DNA of 64,000 nucleotides from a virus (IMGVR_UViG_3300022401_000003:1250-65249); one strand, 5' to 3'; shown: positions 48,101 to 56,030, counted from the first letter of the stretch. Translations and numbers: made by a program. Notes: generated by a model not told the origin, from the sequence alone.

Positions 48101-50091
48101 TGACATACCCCGGTGGATTGACCATTGCAGGTATCAACAAGGTGGTGAAAGTCTTTGTGAACAACTGCGCCCACATCAATACAATGACCTTGTTGGAGCA
48201 GATTACAGAGGCAAGCGCATTGAAAACCGTGCGTATTCCCAATGTAAATGTGTCGGCAAGCGTTGATATGCTTCGTAGCATTAAAGATAGCGGTTGTATC
48301 GGTCTTGATGCAAACGGCAATGCCTACGATGAGAGCGGACAGTGTAGCGGTATTACAGGACGTTGGATATTGACCGAACTTATTGAGGATAGCGAGGTAG
48401 CAGCTTTGCAGGACTACTTTAAGGAGTTGAGCATCTATAACGCCCAATTCTCGCAGGTTATCTTCAACGATGAGGAAGAAGATACCTACAACATCACCAA
48501 TATGGATAACAAGACAGGTTATCTGTTTGGCAATACCTATCAGAAGAGCGGACATTTCGCACGTATCGAGGCGGCAAGCCACGCCTACCGAGCCATCTAT
48601 GATGCAAGTGCAGGTGCGATGAAATGCCGTCAGTTGAGCGATGCCGACTACAACTATTTTGCAGACGGAACAGAACTCGACTTGAGCGATACATCGGGCG
48701 AGGGCTTTGATATTATGAAGCGTTTGCAGCCTTATTGGTACAAGGGCGTGAACGACTACAAAAACCAGCAGAAGCATTTCTTCGCCTCATCGCAGGAAAG
48801 CGAGCCAATGAGTACCGCCAACAAGGTAACCCGAAAGAAATTGAGCGAAATTCTGTTGCAGGAACTCTCCTCCGTGTTCGTTTCGGGAAACAGCGTAGGC
48901 AGTCCGTTGGTAATTACCGAGAATGCCAACCACAACACCTATTCGATAGACGTTGAGGGTATGAAGCAGGTACGCTTCCCCGGTGTCAATTCGAGTGCAG
49001 TAGGTGGTGCTTTCGTGGATGAAAACGACAATGTGGTATCGTTGTTCAATATGTACGTTACACATTCTCTGTTTGACTTCACACCGGGCGAATACATCTT
49101 CTGTGATGTTCCGCAGGGTGCTAAACGCTTTGTGTTCTCTTCTCAGACAGGATTGGACGACATTGAGACCATTGCCGTAGATAGCAATGCCATTGAAGCC
49201 ATTGAGCCTGATTGGGTACATACTCCCGACCGCCTCATCGGTGTATATGGTGCATCGGTGGACGGACTGATGCGTCTCCGCTCTATCAGCGGTGTCAAGT
49301 CGAAAGTTGGTACAGGCACAGCACAGACAAGTAGCGAATGGACGTATGACGACAACGGAAAGGTTACCAATGTAACCGCTCCGAACGTAAAGAACTTCAC
49401 GTGCAAGGATTTCCAAAACCTCGCTATGTTCCGTAGAAATGGCTACCAAGTTATTGACTACGAAATGAGCAAGGATATTGCCAACCTTGTAATGGCATTG
49501 GTGGGAACACGTGATATTCAAGCATACGCAGGCTACGGTTGCGGCGTAGGTTATACCACAGGTGCAAACTCTCTGAATACCTATGGCAATCAGACACGCA
49601 AGTATTCGGGTAGCAATATCGGTAACTTGATATTCGGTATTCAGAACTTCGTAGGCTGTAACTATGAGTGGACTGACAATGTAGCGGTGAACGTGGTATC
49701 GTTCAAGTCGTTCTTGAAGAACAAAGGCGTTGCCATTACTGCCGATGTGGTTGATAGAGTTTGGCATATCTACGACCCTGTAACCGACACAGAACGTACC
49801 GTACAGGCTTGTGCAGCCACCACAACGCACTATACTATTGGTCGTGTTCGCTTCGGTCGTTACTGTGATTACATCGCATCGAGAATGACTACTGACAATT
49901 CAGCCTATAATCAGTGGTACACCGACAGTTACTACTATTCGGGTGAGAAAGCCCGTGTGGTTGGTCGTGGCGGTTACGGTGCGAATGCGTACTGCGGTCT
50001 CGTTTGTGCGCACGCGTATAGCGCGTCTTCGGGCTCGGTCACGAACTACGGCTCTCGGCTCGCCTTCATCGGAAAAATCGAAATTGAGTAA
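42148..50091 (+). CDS. Large receptor-binding/tail fibre protein (2647 aa), DGR target with C-terminal C-type-lectin (FGE-like) domain
   Basis: N-terminal virion anchor and coiled coil, beta-sandwich regions, LRR segment (~47730-48300), GNLIFGIQNFVGCNYEW and a VR ending GSRLAF. Confidence 0.85.
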   Translation: MSSIKTTQIDGDVSVGRNVAVGGRVTVQGSSQFKGSVKVEGWLDAKNIKGANKGIFTSVEKLKEAYPLPHDGWWAIVGKTLPGPIYVGDGGEWVATGEEGGNPTIDSEQYNEAVAELQSDMALMQQDIKDIEDKNKAQDTQLTSQGNNINAIQTQVNTVQTTANEAKTKANAVGAELTEFKNTLGEANGIAPLGEDAKIPATYLPGFVDDVIEFAEAVENIVVQQSELGSVSEQTKVVFHKNNNVFVIARIVEVETENGELDTEIYYYPVWEDSETWGVQSYNGVTPEAGKVYVDKSRNITYRWSGSTLVAIGSDLALGYTASTAFPGSDGKKLQDEMKTAQGDISNLGKSLTGATKHIIARSVVNVNQLLGLTGREITFAVALDRIANLDGADNTIMIPGVVLTFLTENGWQSKQWTNTADWATESNWTDFGANGESIGNTINVNALCDNIEYSLSTAIQAVQNLERESGLSYFKSGVVLTFKTADTDLNGAPVWLAYQFTREVADINPADEKPWVAFGGGGSGNVETADVPEKGGKQALSTGGAYEMQEKAIGGFDEESDEEYIYYKAVNLNGQQLPDVQIKIPKNTGGGGSSEDSTLSIYFEEAAPTVAYGSDILVNVALRSVSYPDGNEVLGVIRSLAIIDASTGLTLFSESMNEVGSASATDFKFQLDFTEYFSSAASKSFFVQASDADGNTKKKAITIVAVDVTVEQPMALNYTSSTALTVGGGAKSIGQFYKFPNNSSSILAVVEMLYNGEWKKLGEATVSDSYTKSISVNPSNVFGGGERLLHGAYPVRIYGIETKSGVRGNTIYSAIMCVDADNTTPIVAIRFNDTNNGSLRLYDNLTVEVAAYTSGKTETHIDVYYGEELVTSVEAMIAETIKVNKQIQGYSTDGTQQIIVHAESGTVSTNDIKVTVQGSAIGAIIKDGALFGFDFASRSNSESDHTIKNNGVEMVVKGSNYSSNGFVDYLGERCLRTAENVTAEIIGYNPYGNSATERTTGNAIQFAFATKNIKDANAKLIECYDPDSGAGFYVCGNKAAIYCKTGQPTLVERSFKCAEKHTMAVVVEPSTIYVTRGGSNYSCIKLYLDGEEVGCIGYISNSGAILNSKTITFNGTEGDLYLYYFLAYDSHYEWAQAFQNYLCKLTDTTAMIAEYEAEDVLDTQNRPTLEKLKEKGIPYYVVVQEQQTFDTFDGDIDTSKKFSCTLYYYHPTMPWRSFKAVNVQWRRQGTTSAKRPIKNDRFYLRKNDGWEVTPIYPDYTNEDALISYELMKLGYVRVGENSIPVSIITVKVDYSDSSGANDCGVCDLMNATYRALGSNYLTPAQRAFDGTWTKGDVKLTGLQMNHSTANHPIAAFRSTMESLTDAWFHAKGNWKEDKNEQVALGFLDTPGYNLGCVNYGDFIEYFGKEGESLDEIEMRFKNDNTTDKSQLYLLSLYCGENYRFMAYESGAWTAQKGEMKQVNGKWQITGKVLNPVSGYELLSYDGLNWWQGVGSIADMMEPTTAEASWVTKLKLGQPTYPMWTRYFECMIDDDQLQEDLAMGRKVPYDLYQMLVFCNSCDYSKAELADTWQNIWKTQMWKFANPYSLVAYYLFTDYLAAVDQQAKNMQPMWFLEDGCSVKDGVYSGANGMNARRMYCNKVYDCDTCNGKDNDGGQTIDPEVDPGDLTSSAYAGRGSVLWNNIRGQQTMDVDQNGNTITLLAIADTMRSLPDTLGIGAGPFSPKGALHYFVDERLKKWPKVVSSFDGERKYIKYTGYSDIYFYALQGLGLTSLPAFIEQRWRIRDGYYRCGDFKAESGYIGGRIGAKDGAVIRFKAAKTGYFGIGNDSGNITEGIYLQAGEEGVFSNFQHGENIMLYIYQADRMSMLDLSEVSIDPQFGNTLSKMALLQELYLGSETHADWTMSPGNTGYMTNLDLGDMPFLRVLDVRNTEVQTMNASKCPRLVSVYAENTSLSTITLAETSPIKELTLPDTMTEIVLNNLPNLTYPGGLTIAGINKVVKVFVNNCAHINTMTLLEQITEASALKTVRIPNVNVSASVDMLRSIKDSGCIGLDANGNAYDESGQCSGITGRWILTELIEDSEVAALQDYFKELSIYNAQFSQVIFNDEEEDTYNITNMDNKTGYLFGNTYQKSGHFARIEAASHAYRAIYDASAGAMKCRQLSDADYNYFADGTELDLSDTSGEGFDIMKRLQPYWYKGVNDYKNQQKHFFASSQESEPMSTANKVTRKKLSEILLQELSSVFVSGNSVGSPLVITENANHNTYSIDVEGMKQVRFPGVNSSAVGGAFVDENDNVVSLFNMYVTHSLFDFTPGEYIFCDVPQGAKRFVFSSQTGLDDIETIAVDSNAIEAIEPDWVHTPDRLIGVYGASVDGLMRLRSISGVKSKVGTGTAQTSSEWTYDDNGKVTNVTAPNVKNFTCKDFQNLAMFRRNGYQVIDYEMSKDIANLVMALVGTRDIQAYAGYGCGVGYTTGANSLNTYGNQTRKYSGSNIGNLIFGIQNFVGCNYEWTDNVAVNVVSFKSFLKNKGVAITADVVDRVWHIYDPVTDTERTVQACAATTTHYTIGRVRFGRYCDYIASRMTTDNSAYNQWYTDSYYYSGEKARVVGRGGYGANAYCGLVCAHAYSASSGSVTNYGSRLAFIGKIEIE
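49953..50061 (+). repeat. DGR variable repeat (VR)
   Basis: 109-bp copy of the TR with 15 differences, all at TR adenines; A-only divergence continues to 50070. Confidence 0.97.
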
Positions 50092-50122
50092 AGCGATGGA
50101 AGCGAAAAGAACGAAACACGTC

Positions 50123-50157
50123 AGAGTGAGAGACCCTGTAAGGGGTCTGCTCACTCT
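50123..50157 (+). promoter_or_regulatory. Hairpin/cruciform downstream of VR-IMH (DGR target recognition element)
   Basis: AGAGTGAG-AGACCC-tgtaag-GGGTCT-g-CTCACTCT. Confidence 0.7.
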
Positions 50158-50248
50158 CCCTGTTACCGCCCGGCAAAAGGCGTCGAGAAAAGAAATGAAA
50201 GTTTAACGGCAGTCGCAGGACTGCAAAAAAGGTAGAGTGTCTCCATAG

Positions 50249-50357
50249 CCGTGTGGTTGGTCGTGGCGGTAACAATGCGAATGCGAACTACGGTCTCGTT
50301 TATGCGAACGCGAATAACGCATCTTCGAACTCGAACACGAACAACGGCTCTCGGCTC
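50249..50357 (+). ncRNA. DGR template repeat (TR)
   Basis: 11 AAY and 2 TAY codons in the VR frame; 26 adenines; lies between the VR and the RT gene. Confidence 0.97.
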
Positions 50358-50527
50358 ACAATCAAAGCAAATAAACGTGGGTGTTGTTCGCCACGCTTAT
50401 ATATAATCGTTCCAACTGCACGGCTACGTGTAGCCACCGCAGGGAGCGAGAGACACGAGCCTCGGCAACCCTCTCCGAAAGGAAGAAAGCCGGAACATAA
50501 CTGAGTGCCTTGAAGGCATAGAACAAT

Positions 50528-51880
50528 ATGGAAAAGACAATATTCCCTCTGAACAATCTGATGAGCAAGATTGCCACGAGGGAGAATGTAGAGGAAGCCT
50601 TTGACTACGTTGTCAGCCACCTCGAATGCAAGGAGCAGCGAGAGAAATACTACCCTCAACGAGAGAAGATGTGTAGCAAGCTGCTGAAAGACTTGGCAGA
50701 CGGAACATTCCGTATTACCGAGTTCAATGAAATGGAGGTCAAGGATGGTCCGAAAATAAGGCGAGTGCAAGCCCCACGAGTATATGGACGTGTCGGTTGC
50801 CACGCCATTATGGTGATTGTTGAGAAATACACTTACCCTACGCTCATCAAGAACACGGCGGCGAGTATTCCCGGACGTGGTATGCATTGGCTACATCACA
50901 TTGTAGAGACCGATGTAAAGAGTGTGCCGGAACTGACGGTACACTACTATCAGTGCGACATACACCATTACTATGACAGCATCGAGCAATGGAGAATGAA
51001 AGCATTGATAAGGGAATACATCAGCGACCCTGTATTGCTTCCAATACTTGACAACTTTATTGAGTTGCTCCCCGAGGGCATTTCAAAGGGACTACGTTCC
51101 TCTCAATGTTTCGCCAACCTGTTCCTGTCGAAATTAGACCACCTTATGACATCGAAGGTTGCATCATACGAGTTGGAGCAGAAAGACGGCTCTTTTGAGG
51201 TGCGCTACCTGTATTACCGCTATTGCGATGACATTGTGATGTTGGCAAGCAGTAAAAAGGAGTTGTGGCGGTTGAGGAACATTCTTGTTGCCCACGTTGA
51301 GGCTATCGGGCTGAAGGTAAAACCCAACGAGGCAGTAAGACCGCTTGAAGAATGCGGACTTGATTACCTCGGCTATGTGGACTATCGCACCCATTCGCTG
51401 ATACGAAAGCGAACGAAACAGAAAGCAGCCCGACACTTGGCCAAGGTGAAATCGAGAAAGCGCAGGCAATCCATTGTCGGCTCATTCAAGGGAATGGCGT
51501 GCCACGCAGATTGCAAACATTTGTATTATAAACTAACAGGAAAGAAAATGAAAAAGTTTGGAGAATTGGGTGTAACCTACACCCCGAAAGACGGAAAGAA
51601 AAGATTTCCGGGTAACACTGTAAGACTTGCAGCCATTCAGAACATACCCATTGAGGTACACGACTATCAGACGGATATGAAAACACCTCACGGAGAGGGT
51701 CGTTATCTCGTTTCGTTCAAAGACAAACAGACTGAGCAATGGGGCAAATTCTTTACCGCCTCGGAGGAAATGAAGAATATCCTTGACCAGATAAGCGACA
51801 TTGAGGACGGTTTCCCATTTGAGACCAAAATCACAAGTGAGCGATTTGACGGCAACAAGGTAAAGTACAGTTTCACATAA
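50528..51880 (+). CDS. DGR reverse transcriptase with a 110-aa C-terminal extension
   Basis: QCDIHHYYDSI, GISKGLRSSQCFANL, YYRYCDDIV and GLDYLGY motifs; adjacent TR/VR pair. Confidence 0.95.
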   Translation: MEKTIFPLNNLMSKIATRENVEEAFDYVVSHLECKEQREKYYPQREKMCSKLLKDLADGTFRITEFNEMEVKDGPKIRRVQAPRVYGRVGCHAIMVIVEKYTYPTLIKNTAASIPGRGMHWLHHIVETDVKSVPELTVHYYQCDIHHYYDSIEQWRMKALIREYISDPVLLPILDNFIELLPEGISKGLRSSQCFANLFLSKLDHLMTSKVASYELEQKDGSFEVRYLYYRYCDDIVMLASSKKELWRLRNILVAHVEAIGLKVKPNEAVRPLEECGLDYLGYVDYRTHSLIRKRTKQKAARHLAKVKSRKRRQSIVGSFKGMACHADCKHLYYKLTGKKMKKFGELGVTYTPKDGKKRFPGNTVRLAAIQNIPIEVHDYQTDMKTPHGEGRYLVSFKDKQTEQWGKFFTASEEMKNILDQISDIEDGFPFETKITSERFDGNKVKYSFT

Positions 51881-51918
51881 GCGTAACAAGATAAACAACT
51901 GAAAAAAGGCGGAGCAAG

Positions 51919-51926
51919 TATTTTTG
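51919..51926 (+). promoter_or_regulatory. -7 promoter element upstream of the post-RT/lysis genes
   Basis: TATTTTTG in the intergenic region. Confidence 0.5.
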
Positions 51927-51949
51927 TAGAAACTAATTAGTGCATCGCA

Positions 51950-52426
51950 ATGGAAAAAAGATACGGAGCCACCGAGAGGCACGACCGCCTAATGAAAATC
52001 GGTCGCAACAAATGGGAACTGATATACGGTTACGGGACTGACGGTGTATCGGGTTGGACTTATAGGGAGCGTTTCACACGTAAGCCTACGATGGAGGAGA
52101 TAAAGGAGATTATCATCGCCCAAATCAACCGCAACGTAGAGGAAAAGATATTGTGCGGTTTGGTGTGGAAAGATATGCCTATATGGTTGTCCACAGAAAA
52201 CCAATTCAACTACAAGGCTGCATACGACTGTGCGAGAGATACAGCCGGACAGTCATTGCCTGTGAAGTTCAAGTTCGGCACAGACGAAGAGCCTGTATAT
52301 TACACGTTCACCACCTTTGAGGAGTTGCAGGAGTTCTATATGACCTCGTTGCAGTTTGTTCAGCAGGTGCTTGATGAGGGTTGGGCAGAAAAGGACGGTC
52401 TTGATTTGAGTGTATTCACTTTATAA
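51950..52426 (+). CDS. DUF4376-like tail-fibre-associated protein
   Basis: IWLSTENQFNYKAAYD...PVKFKFG...GWAEKD pattern. Confidence 0.65.
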   Translation: MEKRYGATERHDRLMKIGRNKWELIYGYGTDGVSGWTYRERFTRKPTMEEIKEIIIAQINRNVEEKILCGLVWKDMPIWLSTENQFNYKAAYDCARDTAGQSLPVKFKFGTDEEPVYYTFTTFEELQEFYMTSLQFVQQVLDEGWAEKDGLDLSVFTL

Positions 52427-52436
52427 CAGCAACAAT

Positions 52437-52679
52437 ATGAAGAAACTTATCGAATGGATTAAGCAAAGCAACAGGTGGAAACACCTTGCAGGCGGCTACC
52501 TTATAGGACTTTGTGCCGACACGAACTATTGCGCCGCCTATACCTCTGTGATTGCAGGTGCTTGTCTTGAATACAAGGACAAGGCGACAGGCGGCAAATG
52601 GGATTGGATTGACTTCGGGCTGACCGTAGGCGGTGCAGTTCTTGGGCGTGTAACTCGACTAATCATTGGCGTGCTATGA
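52437..52679 (+). CDS. Small membrane protein (holin/antiholin candidate)
   Basis: SNRWKHL...LEYKDK..GGKWDWID...GG with hydrophobic helices; in the lysis cluster. Confidence 0.6.
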   Translation: MKKLIEWIKQSNRWKHLAGGYLIGLCADTNYCAAYTSVIAGACLEYKDKATGGKWDWIDFGLTVGGAVLGRVTRLIIGVL

Positions 52680-53278
52680 ATGAGGTACAGGGTGTAACGG
52701 AGATTGCGGAGGGTATCAGCAACTTCGGGATTATGATTGTGATTTGCGCAGCTTTCATTGTCCTTTCGCTGTTGATGTGGGTAGCCATTTTCAAATGGTT
52801 CAAGAGCATCATTGACAACACGATGAAGAACAATGCCAAAGTGATGAACGAGTTGCTGAAAAAGACTGACGCACAGAATGAGTTACTGAATGACATTGCA
52901 GACGGTATGCGACCTGCCACGCTGTTGCAGATTAAGAACATATCGAACACGTGTTTTGACTTGGCTGTGGAGCGTGTGTGCCGCATCATCAAAAAAGTGC
53001 GTGAGGAAAACAACATCATTAACAAGGAAGCAACCAAAGCGAAGATACGGACATTGCTCTGCAACTTGCACGAGGACAGGAACAGCCGCTTTGACAACCA
53101 CCGATACAGAGGCAAGACCTTGACACAGTACACTGCCCCCGAATGGATTGATTGGGTTGCAGAGATTGTAGAGAGTGAGGTATATGCCGAGACACAGAAT
53201 AATGCAAGAGCCTTTACCAACGTGGAGGCTGTCTATTCAAAGATACGACTTGATTTCTACCACCGATTAACCGATTAG
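52676..53278 (+). CDS. Putative holin-like protein (single N-terminal TM)
   Basis: GIMIVICAAFIVLSLLMWVAIF TM helix; directly upstream of the endolysin. Confidence 0.55.
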   Translation: MNEVQGVTEIAEGISNFGIMIVICAAFIVLSLLMWVAIFKWFKSIIDNTMKNNAKVMNELLKKTDAQNELLNDIADGMRPATLLQIKNISNTCFDLAVERVCRIIKKVREENNIINKEATKAKIRTLLCNLHEDRNSRFDNHRYRGKTLTQYTAPEWIDWVAEIVESEVYAETQNNARAFTNVEAVYSKIRLDFYHRLTD

Positions 53279-53281
53279 GAT

Positions 53282-53881
53282 ATGAAGATACTTATTGACA
53301 ACGGACACGGCAAGAATACACCAGGCAAGAGAAGCCCGGACGGAAAGTTTAGGGAGTACCTCTATGCACGTGAGATTGCCGAAGCCATTGAGGGCGAATT
53401 GAAGTTCTTGGGTTTAGATGCAGAGCGTATCGTAACCGAGACGGAAGATATTTCCCTTGAAGAACGTGCAAGGCGAGTGAACGAGATTTGCGGACGTTTG
53501 GGCGCAGAGAACGTTGTGCTTGTTTCCATTCACTGCAACGCATCGAAAAACAGCGAATGGGGCAAGGCTCGTGGTTGGAGTGCCTATACAAGCAAAGGCA
53601 AGACCAAGAGCGATGAACTTGCCACTATGCTGTATGTGGAAGCCGCAAAGAACTTTGCCGGGCAGACACTACGCAAAGAGTTTTCGGACGGCGACCCCGA
53701 TTGGGAGGAGGGTTTCTATGTGCTGCGCAAGACGAAGTGCCCTGCTGTGCTGACTGAAAATTTCTTTATGGACAATGAGCAAGACCTTGCCTACCTCACA
53801 TCGGAGGAGGGACGTGAGGCTATCATCAGAACGCACGTTGCCGCATTGACAAATTGGGACTATAAGTATGGAAAAGGTTAA
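53282..53881 (+). CDS. Endolysin, N-acetylmuramoyl-L-alanine amidase (Amidase_3)
   Basis: ILIDNGHG, REY, VSIHCNA and AVLTENFFMDN zinc-amidase motifs. Confidence 0.93.
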   Translation: MKILIDNGHGKNTPGKRSPDGKFREYLYAREIAEAIEGELKFLGLDAERIVTETEDISLEERARRVNEICGRLGAENVVLVSIHCNASKNSEWGKARGWSAYTSKGKTKSDELATMLYVEAAKNFAGQTLRKEFSDGDPDWEEGFYVLRKTKCPAVLTENFFMDNEQDLAYLTSEEGREAIIRTHVAALTNWDYKYGKG

Positions 53882-54473
53882 GAACATAGCACTGTTGCTG
53901 TTCTTGGCGGTGTTTGTCGCTTCGCTATGCCTCAATGTGCATCATTACACAATGAGAGAGCAAGAGCCATACAGAGACACCATAAGGACTACATTTGTGG
54001 ACACTATTCCATATTACAAGCCTATTCCGAAAGAGGAAAAGCCATTGGGGAACATTACTGCGAAATTGCCTGTAAGCGTTCCCAAATTGCCCGAAAACGT
54101 GCAAAAATTTCCCGAAAGCGGCAAAAACTTGCAGGATAGTGTACAGAATTTCGGTAAAAGCGTTCCCGATGACCATTTCGAGGATATGGGCGAAAAGGTT
54201 ACTCCCGATAGTGCCGATGTAGTTGTTCCCATAACGCAGACCGTATATGAGGACAGCACCTATACGGCGTACGTCAGCGGTTACCGTGCGAGCCTCGACA
54301 GCTTGATATTCCGAATGCCACGAGAGGTAACAACCATAACGAACACCCATTACCAAAAGCCGAAGCGGTGGAGCATTGGCATACAGGTGGGATATGGAAT
54401 GACATTGAAAGGCACGCCGCAGTTTGCCCCATACGTGGGTATAGGTGTGTCGTATAACCTATTTAGTTTTTGA
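53868..54473 (+). CDS. Spanin-like protein
   Basis: N-terminal TM; C-terminal amphipathic beta hairpin ending in Phe; follows the endolysin. Confidence 0.6.
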   Translation: MEKVKNIALLLFLAVFVASLCLNVHHYTMREQEPYRDTIRTTFVDTIPYYKPIPKEEKPLGNITAKLPVSVPKLPENVQKFPESGKNLQDSVQNFGKSVPDDHFEDMGEKVTPDSADVVVPITQTVYEDSTYTAYVSGYRASLDSLIFRMPREVTTITNTHYQKPKRWSIGIQVGYGMTLKGTPQFAPYVGIGVSYNLFSF

Positions 54474-54922
54474 GTATGGAGATAACATTGAAAGTGAACA
54501 AAGAGACTGTGTATGATGAAGTGGCGAAGACCACCGAATACACAGGTGCAAAGATGGACGATGAACACGCATACGAAGTAATCTCGACCACCGATGAGGA
54601 CAAAGCGATGCTTGAACGCTTTTGGAACGAGTGTAAGAATATGATTTGCAATTCGCTGAAAAAGGTGCTTGTTTCGGAGGTGGAGGCAGAGGGCGAGTAT
54701 TCATTGACATTGGGACTATCTACCGCCTTTGATGAGAGCCTAACAGAGAGTATGCAGCGTAGTCTGTTTTCGTTCTTTGTGATGAACATTACCGCCAAAT
54801 GGTACACTTTTGCCAACAAGAGCGAGGCGACCGGGTATGCTACGGAGGCTGCAACATACATTGAGGACATAATGCGTAAGGCATTCTTCAAGAAGAAGCC
54901 GACACGCCCGACATACGACTAA
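54470..54922 (+). CDS. Tail ring/tail tubular A-like protein 1
   Basis: Helical 150-aa protein ending KKKPTRPTYD. Confidence 0.55.
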   Translation: MSMEITLKVNKETVYDEVAKTTEYTGAKMDDEHAYEVISTTDEDKAMLERFWNECKNMICNSLKKVLVSEVEAEGEYSLTLGLSTAFDESLTESMQRSLFSFFVMNITAKWYTFANKSEATGYATEAATYIEDIMRKAFFKKKPTRPTYD

Positions 54923-54950
54923 TTTATTTACTCACTTAATTTTTATAGAT

Positions 54951-55463
54951 ATGGCAGAGAACAAAAAGACAATCACAGTTACCCAAAGGGTTAAGGAACT
55001 TATCTTTGACATTCAGAACAAAGCATACTTGACCGGACAGGCACGTGAGGCTGAGGGTAAAAAGAGTTATGAGGCTGCATCTAATATGCAGGCGAGCGAT
55101 GATGTGGAGAACTCCTATCAGATACGCCGTTCGTTGGCAAATGCTTTCTCGGCACTGAAAAGCCTGCTCGGAGAGTATCTGTCGGAGGATAAGACTACAA
55201 GCGACAATCTCATCAACACGGAGATTGACAATGACGGCACGCTGACTATGGCGTTCGACTTGCCAAGCAACTACAACAACGCATCGGCAGACAGTCTTGG
55301 CAACGGCATTCACGCATACTTGGTAGATATGGCTCTGGGCGATTGGTTTGCTATCACCAACAAAGAGGATGCAGACACCTACATTTCGCACTCGGCTGTG
55401 AGTTTGGAGAATGTGAAGCGTGCATTGTATAAACGCAGTCGCCCCGAACGCCCGACATACTAA
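54951..55463 (+). CDS. Tail ring/tail tubular A-like protein 2
   Basis: Same architecture as protein 1; ends KRSRPERPTY. Confidence 0.55.
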   Translation: MAENKKTITVTQRVKELIFDIQNKAYLTGQAREAEGKKSYEAASNMQASDDVENSYQIRRSLANAFSALKSLLGEYLSEDKTTSDNLINTEIDNDGTLTMAFDLPSNYNNASADSLGNGIHAYLVDMALGDWFAITNKEDADTYISHSAVSLENVKRALYKRSRPERPTY

Positions 55464-55993
55464 TGTATCCTTGTTGTAACAGTCAGCAGCAGACAAAGCC
55501 TGTAACGCTGACATTCAAACGCTCGGAACTGTTATATGATGCAGCGAACTACTCGTTTGTTGAGGGCGACATAATGAAAGCAGACGATGAACACGCACGG
55601 CATCAGGTGTTCGACATAGCGGAGAAAGGCAACATAGACCGTGTTACAAGGGTGCTTAACCTTGCTCACGCTGAATGTGTGGAAATGCTGTTCCCCTACA
55701 CCAAAGAGGAGATAGCAGACGGACAGGAGGCACTAAACGATGTATTGACAGCCCCCGAGGAATACCACATCGTACTGAACTTGCCCGTAGGCTTTTCGCT
55801 CACTACCGTAAGATTGCTGCAAAATCTGATACACGAATACCTTGTTTGTAGGGTGCTTGCCGATTGGATGAGCATTACCAATCCGAACAGTGAAGCCAAT
55901 TGGGAGAGGAAATTCGAGAGCCTGCGAAGCAAGATAAGAACATCGCTTGTGTCGAGAACAGGCAAGGTAAGGCGCAAATGTAAGCCGTTTTAA
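55463..55993 (+). CDS. Tail ring/tail tubular A-like protein 3
   Basis: Same architecture (IHEYLV..VLADW); ends RRKCKPF. Confidence 0.55.
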   Translation: MYPCCNSQQQTKPVTLTFKRSELLYDAANYSFVEGDIMKADDEHARHQVFDIAEKGNIDRVTRVLNLAHAECVEMLFPYTKEEIADGQEALNDVLTAPEEYHIVLNLPVGFSLTTVRLLQNLIHEYLVCRVLADWMSITNPNSEANWERKFESLRSKIRTSLVSRTGKVRRKCKPF

Positions 55994-55999
55994 GAAACA

Positions 56000-56030
56000 A
56001 GAGCCGAGGTGCATCACGCATCCCGGCTCT
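56000..56030. terminator. Hairpin between convergent operons
   Basis: AGAGCCG...CGGCTCT with an inner GGTGC/GCATCC stem. Confidence 0.7.

Noticed and set aside
50253-50504. 83-aa Asn-rich ORF over the TR as a protein (e.g. Avd)
   Set aside because: It is the TR read in the VR frame; the AAY richness explains the open frame, and it is not a helical Avd-like sequence.
50528-51880. RT as a group II intron, retron or Abi RT
   Set aside because: An adjacent TR/VR pair with adenine-only mismatches and DGR-type motifs identify it as a DGR RT; no intron domain V/VI or msr-msd was seen.
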